This document shows positions 1 to 8,681 of a DNA stretch of 64,000 bases, in pieces. Within the stretch, counting starts at the first letter, position 1, and each line of letters opens with the position of its first letter. The stretch comes from an uncultured Acidobacteriaceae bacterium (GTDB lineage: Bacteria; Acidobacteriota; Terriglobia; Terriglobales; Acidobacteriaceae): NCBI GenBank assembly GCA_963791735.1, contig CAWBTR010000009.1, positions 51,765 through 115,764 of the forward strand, in the 5' to 3' direction. Made by a program: the position numbers and the translations under genes. The notes under the pieces were generated by a model. The model saw nothing but the letters and a program-made list of their open reading frames with translations, was not told where the DNA came from and did no database searches.

Positions 1-845
1 AAGAACTTCGGCGTCCACGGCAGACCGCTGATGGAATAGTCCGGTTCATCGCCACGAAATCCCATGATCGTTTTGCCGAACTCATCGCCAACCGCCTTCT
101 TGTACTGCTCGTGAGTAAAGGCAAGGTACTGCAGCGTCGCCGCCGGATCGAGGTAATCTTCAAGCGACTGTGTGCCATCTTTGACACGCTTTGGATTTGT
201 ATCCGACCGCGTCGGCGACGTCTTGAACTGATGCTCTACCACCATCACGGTCCAATGTCCTGCCGGTGCGGTCCAGGCGATCGTGCTATCTGTAACCGGA
301 ATGGTTACTGTTGCGCCATCGTCTGCATTGATGGCCGTCACGGCAACCGTTGCGGCTCCCACCGTCGCGTTGACCGGCTCTCCCGTGGCGGCCGGAATCT
401 TCTGTGCAACCACGAGAGCCTGCATCCGCAGCTCCGGCTTCAACTCCGTGAATTTCCCACCCGCAAAGCCGCTTGGATAACCCGCATCGTCGACGATCCA
501 GACGCGCATGTTGCGTTTCTTCGCCTCTTCGACAAAGGTGCGGAAGAAGGTAAAGTACTCAGGCGACAAATAGGCAAACGGCATATCGTACCCGGCCTGC
601 ACTGTCACTGCCTGATAGCCGAGCGTCTTCATCCTGTCGAGATCGCGCTGGATGACCGTCTCATTCACCGCGCCGTTCAGGCCGTAGTACGGCTCCGGTC
701 CATACTCCGGCGGCGGCGCCTTCCAAGTTTGCGCCACCTGTGCCGCCGTCGGCATCTGAATCTTCTGCCATGGCTGCTGCGCCATTGTGGACTGCATGGC
801 AAGGGCGCCAACTCCAATTGTCAGAGCTTTCATCAAAAACTGCAT
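1..845 (-). CDS. Secreted glycoside-hydrolase-like protein, N-terminal ~281 codons; gene continues past the left edge of the window
   Basis: Absent from the ORF track because no stop lies in the window. Reverse translation from ATG (845-843) reads MQFLMKALTIGVGALAMQSTMAQQPWQKIQ (signal-peptide-like), then ...VIQRDLDRMKTLGYQAVTVQAGYDMPFAYLSPEYFTFFRTFVEEAKKRNMRVWIVDDAGYPSGFAGGKF..., and stays open to nt 3. The listed + ORF 111..860 is its Arg-rich antisense shadow. The family call rests on motif resemblance only. Confidence 0.55.
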   Translation of the reverse strand, partial: MQFLMKALTIGVGALAMQSTMAQQPWQKIQMPTAAQVAQTWKAPPPEYGPEPYYGLNGAVNETVIQRDLDRMKTLGYQAVTVQAGYDMPFAYLSPEYFTFFRTFVEEAKKRNMRVWIVDDAGYPSGFAGGKFTELKPELRMQALVVAQKIPAATGEPVNATVGAATVAVTAINADDGATVTIPVTDSTIAWTAPAGHWTVMVVEHQFKTSPTRSDTNPKRVKDGTQSLEDYLDPAATLQYLAFTHEQYKKAVGDEFGKTIMGFRGDEPDYSISGLPWTPKF

Positions 846-1056
846 CTCGAATCCCCTTGAACTACCTGCGAATCGCTTGCAAACAGCGTTATACAGTGGC
901 GAGGCAGGAATTGGAAACTATTTCCTGATAGGAATTTGCCCTTCAACCCTCAGCTCACGAAGGCGGAGCCATCTCTCAAATGATTGTGCAGAATCACAGT
1001 CCGTGATTTCATCATGGCTATAGATAATGCCGCAAATCCTGGCGGCAGGAGTCCGC

Positions 1057-1740
1057 ATGACCTATCAAGTTTCACGCAATGGACAGATGTACGGACCGTA
1101 CACTCTCGAAGACCTCAAGCGTTACGTCGCCTCCGGCAATATCCTGCCAACCGACATGGCGAAAAGCGAGGACATGCCCGACTGGCTACCGGTCGCCCAA
1201 ATCCTCGGCGCACAAGGCATCGCCGGCGCACCGGCACCGGCCTACGCTGCGCCTGCTGCGTACCCGCAACCCGCAGGCAATGCATACCCCGACCCACCGA
1301 ATCTGAACTGGGGCCTCGAACTTCTCCTGGGTTTCCTCACCTGCACCATCTTCGTCATCGTCTGGAACCTGGTCCTTGCCGCCTGGGCAAATCGGATTCA
1401 GCCGGCCAGCAAAGCTCTAATGTATTACATCGTCGCAACGGTGTTGATTGTGCTCAACTACGGCGGCTCGTGGGGCATCCTCGTCGCTATGGCCCACCAC
1501 GTGCACCCGCATCGCAGCGTTCTTGGCAGTCTGGTCAGTCTCGCCTGCTGGGTTGTTCGCCTCATCGCTCGCTTCACTCTGCGCGATACGCTGGAGCAGC
1601 ATTTCAATGGACCTGAGCCGCTTGGCCTGCGCCTCAGCGCCGTGATGACGTTCTTCTTCGGCGGCATCTATTTTCAATACAAGCTCAACGAGATCAATGA
1701 GATCAAACAAGCCATGCGCTACCGGAACACGCCACGATGA
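1057..1740 (+). CDS. GYF_2 (DUF4339) domain membrane protein with DUF4234-like C-terminal half
   Basis: ORF 1027..1740. Preferred start is ATG 1057, preceded by AGGAG (1048-1052). YQVSRNGQMYGPYTLEDLKRYVASGNILPTDMAKSEDMPDWLPVAQI fits the GYF_2 pattern. The C-terminal half has several hydrophobic segments and ends FGGIYFQYKLNEINEIK. Confidence 0.7.
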   Translation: MTYQVSRNGQMYGPYTLEDLKRYVASGNILPTDMAKSEDMPDWLPVAQILGAQGIAGAPAPAYAAPAAYPQPAGNAYPDPPNLNWGLELLLGFLTCTIFVIVWNLVLAAWANRIQPASKALMYYIVATVLIVLNYGGSWGILVAMAHHVHPHRSVLGSLVSLACWVVRLIARFTLRDTLEQHFNGPEPLGLRLSAVMTFFFGGIYFQYKLNEINEIKQAMRYRNTPR

Positions 1741-2171
1741 TCGTGATGAACCCGTGGCTCCGCAAGCGTATCGCAGACGCATTGCATACTGCTGCGCCCC
1801 CGGCGGTCATCGCGGTCATCGCGCTCGTCATCCTCGTCATCATCGTCCTGCTGCGCTTTCCTCCTGCGCAGTACAACTTCTATCCCCAGTGCCCCATCCA
1901 TGAGCTCACCCACCTTCAATGTCCCGGCTGCGGAGCTACGCGAGCCGCCGCTGCCTTACTCCGCGGACACCTCGCCGAAGCGATGTACCTCAACGCACTC
2001 GTCACGCTACTGCTGCCGTTTGTCGCGGTCTGGAGCATCGTATGCTATCGGCGCGTCCTGCAGCGCAAACCGGTCCGCTGGCTTCAACCACCGCCTGCAG
2101 TGCTCTACGCTGCGTTCACCCTGTCCGCAGTCTTTACGGTAATTCGCAATCTTCCGCGTCACTCGTTCTAA
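1737..2171 (+). CDS. DUF2752 domain-containing membrane protein
   Basis: The CPIHELTHLQCPGCGATRA motif is typical of DUF2752 and hydrophobic segments flank it. An ATGA start/stop overlap with the upstream gene suggests translational coupling. Confidence 0.75.
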   Translation: MIVMNPWLRKRIADALHTAAPPAVIAVIALVILVIIVLLRFPPAQYNFYPQCPIHELTHLQCPGCGATRAAAALLRGHLAEAMYLNALVTLLLPFVAVWSIVCYRRVLQRKPVRWLQPPPAVLYAAFTLSAVFTVIRNLPRHSF

Positions 2172-2185
2172 CCAGACGAATATAA

Positions 2186-2209
2186 CGGCCCCAGCACAAG
2201 CCGGGGCCG
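2186..2209. terminator. GC-rich hairpin between convergent genes (candidate bidirectional terminator)
   Basis: CGGCCCC (2186-2192) pairs with GGGGCCG (2203-2209): a 7-bp stem with a 10-nt loop. It lies between gene ends at 2171 (+) and 2246 (-). A T-rich tail is present only when read on the minus strand. Confidence 0.4.
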
Positions 2210-2245
2210 CCATCACTCTACTGAGGGTGTTGTTCCGGCGGAAGT

Positions 2246-2776
2246 TTACGCGTCGACGGTGACGGGCTCAGTCGATACAGGTGTAGCCGTACCGCCTTTC
2301 AGGTCTGTGCCGCCGGGCTTGCGAATGTCGATACCGCCCTTGAAGAACGCGCCATCTTCAATGGAGATCCGCGCTGCGATCACATCGCCCGTAAGCGAAC
2401 CTTCGCTGCGAATATCCACGCGATCGCTCGCCTGGCAGTTGCCGCGAACTTTGCCCAGCACGACGATCTCGCGCGCTACGATGTTTGCCGCGACCTGTCC
2501 GTTGCGGCCAACAGTCACGCGGTTGCCCGGCAGATTAATTGCGCCTTCTACCTTGCCGTCGATGTACAGAGATTCTGAGCCCGTCAACTCTCCCTTGACG
2601 ATCAGAGATTTGCCGATGGTCGCTTGCTCTCCTGTCGGTACAGCAGACGCCGCGGTTCCAGCGCCGACCGTTGCAGGCCGCGTGGGGCTGACATCAAAGT
2701 TCGTCGCAGGCGCCGAGGGACGCACCGGTTCAGGGGTTGAGGGGGTATTGCTTCCAGTCTGATTCGGTTTCCACAT
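2246..2776 (-). CDS. Bactofilin family cytoskeletal protein
   Basis: The core IGKSLIVKGELTGSESLYIDGKVEGAINLPGNRVTVGRNGQVAANIVAREIVVLGKVRGNCQASDRVDIRSEGSLTGDVIAARISIEDGAFFKGGIDI is the repetitive beta-helical bactofilin (DUF583) signature. Both tails are Pro/Thr-rich and look disordered. Confidence 0.85.
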   Translation of the reverse strand: MWKPNQTGSNTPSTPEPVRPSAPATNFDVSPTRPATVGAGTAASAVPTGEQATIGKSLIVKGELTGSESLYIDGKVEGAINLPGNRVTVGRNGQVAANIVAREIVVLGKVRGNCQASDRVDIRSEGSLTGDVIAARISIEDGAFFKGGIDIRKPGGTDLKGGTATPVSTEPVTVDA

Positions 2777-3062
2777 ATTTGTTCATATCCTTTCGTACTG
2801 CTTCAGATGTTCCCGCCGCGGTCGTTTGCACGCGCCACCACGACGGCAGCACGTATTCTTTCCACGATACTACTCTGCGAGAGCATGCGTATTGGCCCGG
2901 ATTCACAATCTATTCCACAGTTTTCGTACCTTTCTCAATACCTCTGTACATCTTTCCCGCAACCACGAAGTTTCTACCGTCCATCCTGCCATTTCTTCCC
3001 CCCTCGAAAGTGTTAGGCCTCCCGGGAACTTATCGTGCAGAAAGCACAGCACGTCGAGTAGC

Positions 3063-3836
3063 ATGACAGCATCTGAATTCTTTTCCAGCGAGCCCTATCT
3101 CTTGAGTTTGACTCCGCGTCCGTCCTGCACCGCACCGAATGCACTGCGTCTCGTCTCCGCGTTCTTTCTGCTGACGTTAGCCGCGATTTCCTCACCGCGC
3201 CCTCTCCTTGCCGCTGCCCCCAAGGTCCACACCGTCACTCTCGGCCCGTTCCGCAAGGTGCCGTACACGCAGCCCGACGCCACCCCGGACACAAAAGCTG
3301 ACGAGACTTCCACCCTGAAGGTCCGCCCGCTCTTTGTCGACGACCACCAGAAGGAGTGGACCACCGGCGAGATTCACGAGGTCACAGATCGCACCTTCAC
3401 CGTTCGCCGCGCCCTCCGGCTTAACGACTCCCTGCCGGCCGATGCCGCCCCCCACTGGGTCTGGCAGCCGGGCCCCTGGCTTTCGGTCGACCGCATCACC
3501 GGCCACATCACAGCGCTGCATCTGCCGGACTTCGATGCCGCCGTCTCCGATGTGGTCTGGTTCCGCGACTACGCCGCCTACTGCGGAATCGCCACCACGG
3601 CCAAAGGCGGCCTCTTCGTCATCGTCGCTCAACTTGGAGCGCGCCGCCCCGTCGTCCAGAAGCAGATCGGCAAATGGCCCCAGACCGACCACTTCATCCC
3701 TGTCTGCCAGCCCGCTCAGTGGCAGCGGCTACCCATGCGCGTTACATTGAAGCCGACCGGAGGCGAAGCCACAACCTACGACGTCGTCGGCACCGCCTCT
3801 CTCATCGAAGAGGGCGACAACTCGGACGAGAACTAG
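3063..3836 (+). CDS. Hypothetical secreted protein
   Basis: Part of ORF 2826..3836. I prefer ATG 3063 (MTASEFF...), which places the hydrophobic LVSAFFLLTLAAISSPRPLLAAA near the N-terminus. No domain recognised. Confidence 0.45.
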   Translation: MTASEFFSSEPYLLSLTPRPSCTAPNALRLVSAFFLLTLAAISSPRPLLAAAPKVHTVTLGPFRKVPYTQPDATPDTKADETSTLKVRPLFVDDHQKEWTTGEIHEVTDRTFTVRRALRLNDSLPADAAPHWVWQPGPWLSVDRITGHITALHLPDFDAAVSDVVWFRDYAAYCGIATTAKGGLFVIVAQLGARRPVVQKQIGKWPQTDHFIPVCQPAQWQRLPMRVTLKPTGGEATTYDVVGTASLIEEGDNSDEN

Positions 3837-3950
3837 TCAGCGCAGCCTGCGCATTCTTCAAAAATTCCCGGCAATTTGATTTAGCATCAACCTCGATTCG
3901 CATTACGGAAAAGCGGTGCGCTGCATTGCTCGCTGTGCGGGAGTCTTGAT

Positions 3951-5654
3951 TTGCTGAGTCTGTTCCAGGGAATAAAACCTGTTAAGCGAGCCGGCGCGGT
4001 GCGCGACGCTCTCGCGGGCGTCCTCTTCGCCGCAATGGACATCCCGCAGGTCCTCGGCTATACCCGCATCGCCGGCATGCCGATCGTCACGGGCCTCTAC
4101 GCCCTTCTGCTGCCGCTTCTTGCATTCGCCACCTTCGGCTCATCGCGCTATCTTGTCGTCGCTGCCGACTCGGCCACCGCCGCCATTCTTCGTAGCGGAT
4201 TGGCGGGCATGGAGCCCTCTCCCAGCGCACGGTATGTGGCGCTGGCAGGTTTGGTCGCTTTACTCACGGCTGGATTTCTGCTGCTTGCACGCCTGCTCAA
4301 GCTGGGTTTCATCGCCGACTTCCTTCCCCAGACGGTGCTCATCGGATTTCTGACCGGCGTTGGACTCCAGGTCGGCATCTCCGTCCTGGGACAGATGCTC
4401 GGTGTCCCAAGTGACTCCCACAAAACAATCGTCCAGCTGTATCAAGTCTGCCGTGGCCTGCCTCACGCTCATCTTCCTACGGTGCTCCTCACGGCTGTCT
4501 GTCTCGCAACGATCTTCTTTCTGCGCTGGGCGGCTCCCAAAGTGCCGGGTACTTTGTTGGTCGTCGTTGGAGCTACGGCAGCCAGCGCAATCTGGAACTT
4601 CGCCGGACATGGCATCTCCATCATCGGTCCGGTAGCTGGCGGTCTACCGCACCTGTCGTTTCCCGACGTCCACTGGGGCGATATTCCTCCGCTCATCTCA
4701 GTTGCCGGATCGTGCGCCGTCATGATTCTCACGCAGAGCGCGGCAACCTCGCGCATCTATGCGGCCCGCCACCACGAACACCTCGATGCCGATCAGGACA
4801 TTATCGGACTCTCCGCGGCCAACGCTGCCGCCGCCTTCAGTGGAACCTTCGTCGTGAATGGAAGCCCCACCCAGACCGAGATAATAGCTGGCTTCGGCAG
4901 TCGCAGCCAGATCGCGCAGGTCAGCGCCGCCGCAGTCGTAGCGCTCGTCCTGCTTTTTATCACCAAACCAATTCAATATCTCCCGCACTGTGTGCTGGGA
5001 GCTCTGGTCTTTCTCGTCGCCCTCCGCCTCATCAATCTCCGCGCGCTGCAGGCGATTCTTCCCGAAAGCCCCGCGGAATACACGCTAGCCCTGATAACCG
5101 CCGCGTTTGTCGTGTTTGCCGGAGTCGAACAGGGCGTCGTGCTGGCGATGGTGATGTCTCTGCTCCGCATCGTGCACCACAGCTACCACCCGCGCAGCGG
5201 CGTCATGATCTCTGAAGGCAATGGAACCTGGAGACTCATTCCACCAGTCACCGGTGCCGTCACCGAGCCCGGCCTGATCCTGTACCGATTCGGAGCCGCG
5301 CTCTTCTACGCAAATGCCACACGTTTCTCCAGCGAGATTCTTACCCTGGTTGGCCCCTCGCCCACCGCTGTGCGCTGGCTCATCGTCGATGGCGAGGCGA
5401 TTACCAACGTCGACTACAGCGCCGCCCGAGTGGTCGTCGAGTTGAAAAACATTCTCGCCCAGGCAGACGTCACCTTTGGCTTCGCCCGCGTACCGTCGAA
5501 CACCCAGGCCGACCTCGACCGCCACCATGTGACCGAAGCCATCGGCCAATCCCTGATCTTCAACCGTCTGCACGATGTATGCGACGCCTACGAGAAGCTT
5601 TACCCGCAACCACCACACGTCAGCGGATCCCCACAGCACTCGCCTACGTCGTAG
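3951..5654 (+). CDS. SulP family inorganic anion transporter with C-terminal STAS domain
   Basis: N-terminal [62 protein letters not shown] is the SulP signature region. There are more than 10 hydrophobic segments. The STAS-like tail reads [18 protein letters not shown]...[20 protein letters not shown] start. Confidence 0.9.
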   Translation: MLSLFQGIKPVKRAGAVRDALAGVLFAAMDIPQVLGYTRIAGMPIVTGLYALLLPLLAFATFGSSRYLVVAADSATAAILRSGLAGMEPSPSARYVALAGLVALLTAGFLLLARLLKLGFIADFLPQTVLIGFLTGVGLQVGISVLGQMLGVPSDSHKTIVQLYQVCRGLPHAHLPTVLLTAVCLATIFFLRWAAPKVPGTLLVVVGATAASAIWNFAGHGISIIGPVAGGLPHLSFPDVHWGDIPPLISVAGSCAVMILTQSAATSRIYAARHHEHLDADQDIIGLSAANAAAAFSGTFVVNGSPTQTEIIAGFGSRSQIAQVSAAAVVALVLLFITKPIQYLPHCVLGALVFLVALRLINLRALQAILPESPAEYTLALITAAFVVFAGVEQGVVLAMVMSLLRIVHHSYHPRSGVMISEGNGTWRLIPPVTGAVTEPGLILYRFGAALFYANATRFSSEILTLVGPSPTAVRWLIVDGEAITNVDYSAARVVVELKNILAQADVTFGFARVPSNTQADLDRHHVTEAIGQSLIFNRLHDVCDAYEKLYPQPPHVSGSPQHSPTS

Positions 5655-6096
5655 CCGTCCCGGAGATATACGCCTCGAGATGACGAATGGTCATCTCCTG
5701 CTCCGAAATCACCCAGTTCACCAGGTCGCCGATCGAAACCACTCCCAACACAACGCCGTTCTCCACCACCGGAAGATGTCGAATCCGATGATTCGTGATG
5801 ATGCGCATACATTCGCCCACCGAATGCTGCCGTGTGACCGAAATCACCGGACTGCTCATGATCTCGGCGACCCGAGTCTCCTTCGACAACCGCCCCTGCA
5901 GAATCACCTTGCGAGCATAGTCGCGCTCGGAGATGATCCCCAGCAACACACCCGCCTCCATTACAAGCAGAGCGCCCACCCGCTTATCCGCCATCATTTC
6001 AATGGCCTGATACACGGATGCATCGGGCGTTGTAGACGCAATCTGCCCGCTCTTCTGCTTCAAAACCATGCCAATCGTCGTTGCAAAATCACTCAT
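5644..6096 (-). CDS. CBS domain pair protein
   Basis: Part of ORF 5644..6240, with start moved to ATG 6096 ([15 protein letters not shown]). Two CBS motifs are present (...[21 protein letters not shown]... and ...[23 protein letters not shown]...). Confidence 0.85.
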   Translation of the reverse strand: MSDFATTIGMVLKQKSGQIASTTPDASVYQAIEMMADKRVGALLVMEAGVLLGIISERDYARKVILQGRLSKETRVAEIMSSPVISVTRQHSVGECMRIITNHRIRHLPVVENGVVLGVVSIGDLVNWVISEQEMTIRHLEAYISGTATT

Positions 6097-6189
6097 CAAA
6101 CACCTCGGGCATCGAATACTACCCCCACCGCACAACATCGCGCAATGAGCAAAAATCACAGCCCTCGTCGCCAGCAGTATCATGAAGTT

Positions 6190-6891
6190 ATGCAGACTTT
6201 CGACGCCCTCCTCCGCGAAGCCGAAGTAGCCCACGGCCATCTCTGTGCCGGCCAGATCCTCGGCGTCCGACTGGCAATGCTCGGCTGCGAGCGCCTCGGC
6301 ATCGACGACCCCAAAGGCCTCGTGAATCCAAAAGACCGCAAGCGCCTCGTCACCTTCATCGAAATCGACCGCTGCGCCACGGACGCCATTGCCGTCGTTA
6401 CCGGCTGCCGCCTCGGCAAGCGCGCCATCAAGTTCCGCGACTGGGGCAAGATGGCCGCCACCTTCGTCGATCTCTCTTCACCTTTGTCACAAGAAGGCGA
6501 CACCCCTATCTACAAAGCCATACGTATCGCCGCTCTCGAATCTTCCAAGCAGCGTGCCCGCGACCTCTACCCGCATATCGAAAACAAAAATCAACAGCAG
6601 ATGCTTGCCTACCGCGAACTCCCCGACGCAGACCTCTTCAGCGAAGAGTGGGTCTCGGTCCCCATCCACCCTCGCGAGATGCCCGGCTACAAATCCGCCC
6701 GCATCGCCTGCGAAGCGTGCGACGAAGGCATCAACTACGACCGCGAAGTGCGTCGCGAAGGGAAGATTCTCTGCCAGGCCTGCGCCTACCCCGACACGCG
6801 CTACTACCAGCCGCTCACCGGGGAAGAGCTCACCACAAACAGCAAGGCCGGCGCGAAAACTTCTTCGCAACCGGCCTGCGAACATTGTTAG
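6190..6891 (+). CDS. FmdE-family protein with C-terminal zinc ribbon
   Basis: In-frame ATG 6190 within ORF 5575..6891; the longer N-terminus overlaps the CBS gene in antisense. [19 protein letters not shown]...[22 protein letters not shown] matches the FmdE N-terminal pattern. The C-terminus carries [10 protein letters not shown]...ILCQAC (a CxxC...CxxC arrangement). Confidence 0.7.
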   Translation: MQTFDALLREAEVAHGHLCAGQILGVRLAMLGCERLGIDDPKGLVNPKDRKRLVTFIEIDRCATDAIAVVTGCRLGKRAIKFRDWGKMAATFVDLSSPLSQEGDTPIYKAIRIAALESSKQRARDLYPHIENKNQQQMLAYRELPDADLFSEEWVSVPIHPREMPGYKSARIACEACDEGINYDREVRREGKILCQACAYPDTRYYQPLTGEELTTNSKAGAKTSSQPACEHC

Positions 6892-6912
6892 GAGCTACCC
6901 AGCGGTTGTGAA

Positions 6913-7188
6913 CTACCAGCGTCCCCGGTAGCCATATCCATAGCGGTAGCCATCCCGCTCATGCGCCCGTACCCACTCCGCATGCCGTCGGGCCTCTTCA
7001 AACCGGAGCCTGGCATAGTAGTCAGGCCCATAGTAGCCCGCATAACCGGGGTGCGGATAACCAATCTGCACGCCCACGCCAAACGGCTGTGCCTCCGCCT
7101 TCGCTGGTGCCGCCAGTGCAAACGCACCCGCCAGTAAAACAACCGTTACACCCTTTGCAACCATCGCTTTTACCTTTGACATCGTCAT
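6913..7188 (-). CDS. Small secreted Gly/Tyr/Arg-rich protein
   Basis: Start ATG 7188 is preceded by GGAGG (complement of 7194-7198). The signal peptide is MTMSKVKAMVAKGVTVVLLAGAFALAAPAKAEA. The mature part ends GYRYGYGYRGRW. Confidence 0.55.
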   Translation of the reverse strand: MTMSKVKAMVAKGVTVVLLAGAFALAAPAKAEAQPFGVGVQIGYPHPGYAGYYGPDYYARLRFEEARRHAEWVRAHERDGYRYGYGYRGRW

Positions 7189-7338
7189 AACAACCTCCTG
7201 CGTACACCAGATGGAACCCCCCTTCACCACGCCGGTTGCGCGCAACTATAACGCACAACCAGTGTCGTGAATCCGCCTGAGGCAACGAATCGCCGAAGCG
7301 AATCGTAGAATTGAGCATCGTTTGGGTAAGGTCCTCCT

Positions 7339-8163
7339 ATGCCGCAGCCGGTTTCTTTGCTTCTTCGCCAGTCGCTGATGCTGAAGGACGCAGTGCAGGA
7401 GTGTCTCAAGGATCCAGCTCCAAAGCCCGTTCATCGACTGCGCTCCACGACTCGCCGGATCGAGGCCACTCTCAAACTGTTGTCCCTCTCCAGCTCCCTT
7501 CCCGACCTGCAAGAACAAACAAAGCCGCTGGCGAAGCGACTCCGGGGGGTCCGTCGCGCAGCCGCCAAGGTCCGCGATCTCGACGTTCATCTCGATCTAC
7601 TCAAAAAATATCGGGAAAATCGCGACGGAGATGACGAGGAGATGAGCCGGCTCGAAAGATCTCTTGCCAAAGCCAGGAAGAAAGCCGCTCGGCAATTGCA
7701 GAAAAGCCTGCAAAAAGACCGGCGAAGGATTCCTCGCGAATTCGACCGCGTGGAGGTAGCTCTGAAACCCGCTCTCGATCTTGCAATTGGCGGCGGAGCC
7801 CTGGCGGACGTGGCACTGAGCTGGCTTCTCCAAGCTATTCGCGGGCTGGATCCTCAAAAGGATGATCCCCTACATTCGGTTCGCAAGGCCTGCAAGACTG
7901 CCCGCTATCTCGCCGAGATCGGCGCCCCGAACTCCAAAACCGCGGCCGGGATGGCCTCCCGCTTCGAGCGCGTACAGCATACTCTCGGCGCATGGCACGA
8001 CTCGCTTCTTCTGGAAGAAGAGGCGCTCGCTAATCTTGGGGAACACGCTCAAATCGTCGAGCAGATTCAGGCAGATACGCTGCGTCTACGCCGAAGAGCC
8101 GTGGATAGCACCAGACATTTGCCCAAAACCAGCCGAATTGCACCAAATTATTTGTTACACTAA
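7339..8163 (+). CDS. CHAD domain-containing protein
   Basis: Helical and Arg-rich. KPVHRLRSTTRRIEATLKLL and HSVRKACKTARYLAEI are typical of the conserved-histidine alpha-helical domain. Confidence 0.7.
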   Translation: MPQPVSLLLRQSLMLKDAVQECLKDPAPKPVHRLRSTTRRIEATLKLLSLSSSLPDLQEQTKPLAKRLRGVRRAAAKVRDLDVHLDLLKKYRENRDGDDEEMSRLERSLAKARKKAARQLQKSLQKDRRRIPREFDRVEVALKPALDLAIGGGALADVALSWLLQAIRGLDPQKDDPLHSVRKACKTARYLAEIGAPNSKTAAGMASRFERVQHTLGAWHDSLLLEEEALANLGEHAQIVEQIQADTLRLRRRAVDSTRHLPKTSRIAPNYLLH

Positions 8164-8327
8164 AATCCAACATGACGGTCTCCCGCCAACTCGCGACCTT
8201 GTACCTCATGCCCTCACGTTGTTGTTGTAGCTAGTCCCTCCTGCGCCTTACCCCTTCTCGAAAGATTCAAAGCAGCTCCAGCCCACGTTACACGGGTACA
8301 CCACGCTATCTCCAAGGAGAGTCGATC

Positions 8328-8459
8328 ATGTCTACCCTACGCACCCGCATCTCCCCTCCCGTTTCCCCACGAATTTCCAAGGAAGCCTGGACGATCCTCC
8401 TCGTCGCCGCGCTCGGTCTTCTGATCCGCTTCGGCCTGCTCAGAACCATAGCCTGGTAA
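8328..8459 (+). CDS. Candidate 43-aa single-pass membrane peptide (below ORF-track cutoff)
   Basis: ATG 8328 is preceded by AAGGAGAG (8314-8321). Sequence MSTLRTRISPPVSPRISKEAWTILLVAALGLLIRFGLLRTIAW, TAA at 8457-8459. There is no homology evidence. Confidence 0.3.
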   Translation: MSTLRTRISPPVSPRISKEAWTILLVAALGLLIRFGLLRTIAW

Positions 8460-8497
8460 GCAGGCGCGAGCACGATTCACACCCGTGGAGGCTCCCC

Positions 8498-8602
8498 ATG
8501 GCCGCCTCAATCAACCTGCAAATCCTGGAATACAATGATTGCGCAGAAGAAACCCGCGGGATGGGGCAGGACAACAAGGTGTCCGCCATGATCCTGATCT
8601 GA
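8498..8602 (+). CDS. Candidate 34-aa peptide (below ORF-track cutoff)
   Basis: ATG 8498 is preceded by GGAGG (8487-8491). Sequence MAASINLQILEYNDCAEETRGMGQDNKVSAMILI, TGA at 8600-8602. It lies 38 nt after the previous small ORF. Confidence 0.25.
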   Translation: MAASINLQILEYNDCAEETRGMGQDNKVSAMILI

Positions 8603-8681
8603 GTCCGATCGCCCATCTAAGCGTTCGCCTATGGTAGCCTCCAGCAAGGGGTTTCAGTGAGCTGTCACCCCCAACTTGTTG

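Noticed and set aside
111-860. 249-aa + strand ORF (and nested + ORFs 283..480, 740..928)
   Set aside because: The composition is Arg/Cys/His-rich and nonsense-like. It is the antisense shadow of a much more protein-like minus-strand reading frame with a signal peptide and glycosidase-like motifs that runs off the window edge.
3838-3855. Short hairpin gcgca-gcc-tgcgc after the hypothetical gene at 3063..3836
   Set aside because: It has only a 5-bp stem with a weak T tail, which is too weak to call a terminator.
5575-6189. Long N-terminal extension of the FmdE-like ORF (438-aa version)
   Set aside because: The extension is His/Arg/Pro-rich and lies antisense to the CBS-domain gene. The conserved FmdE pattern begins right after the internal ATG at 6190.
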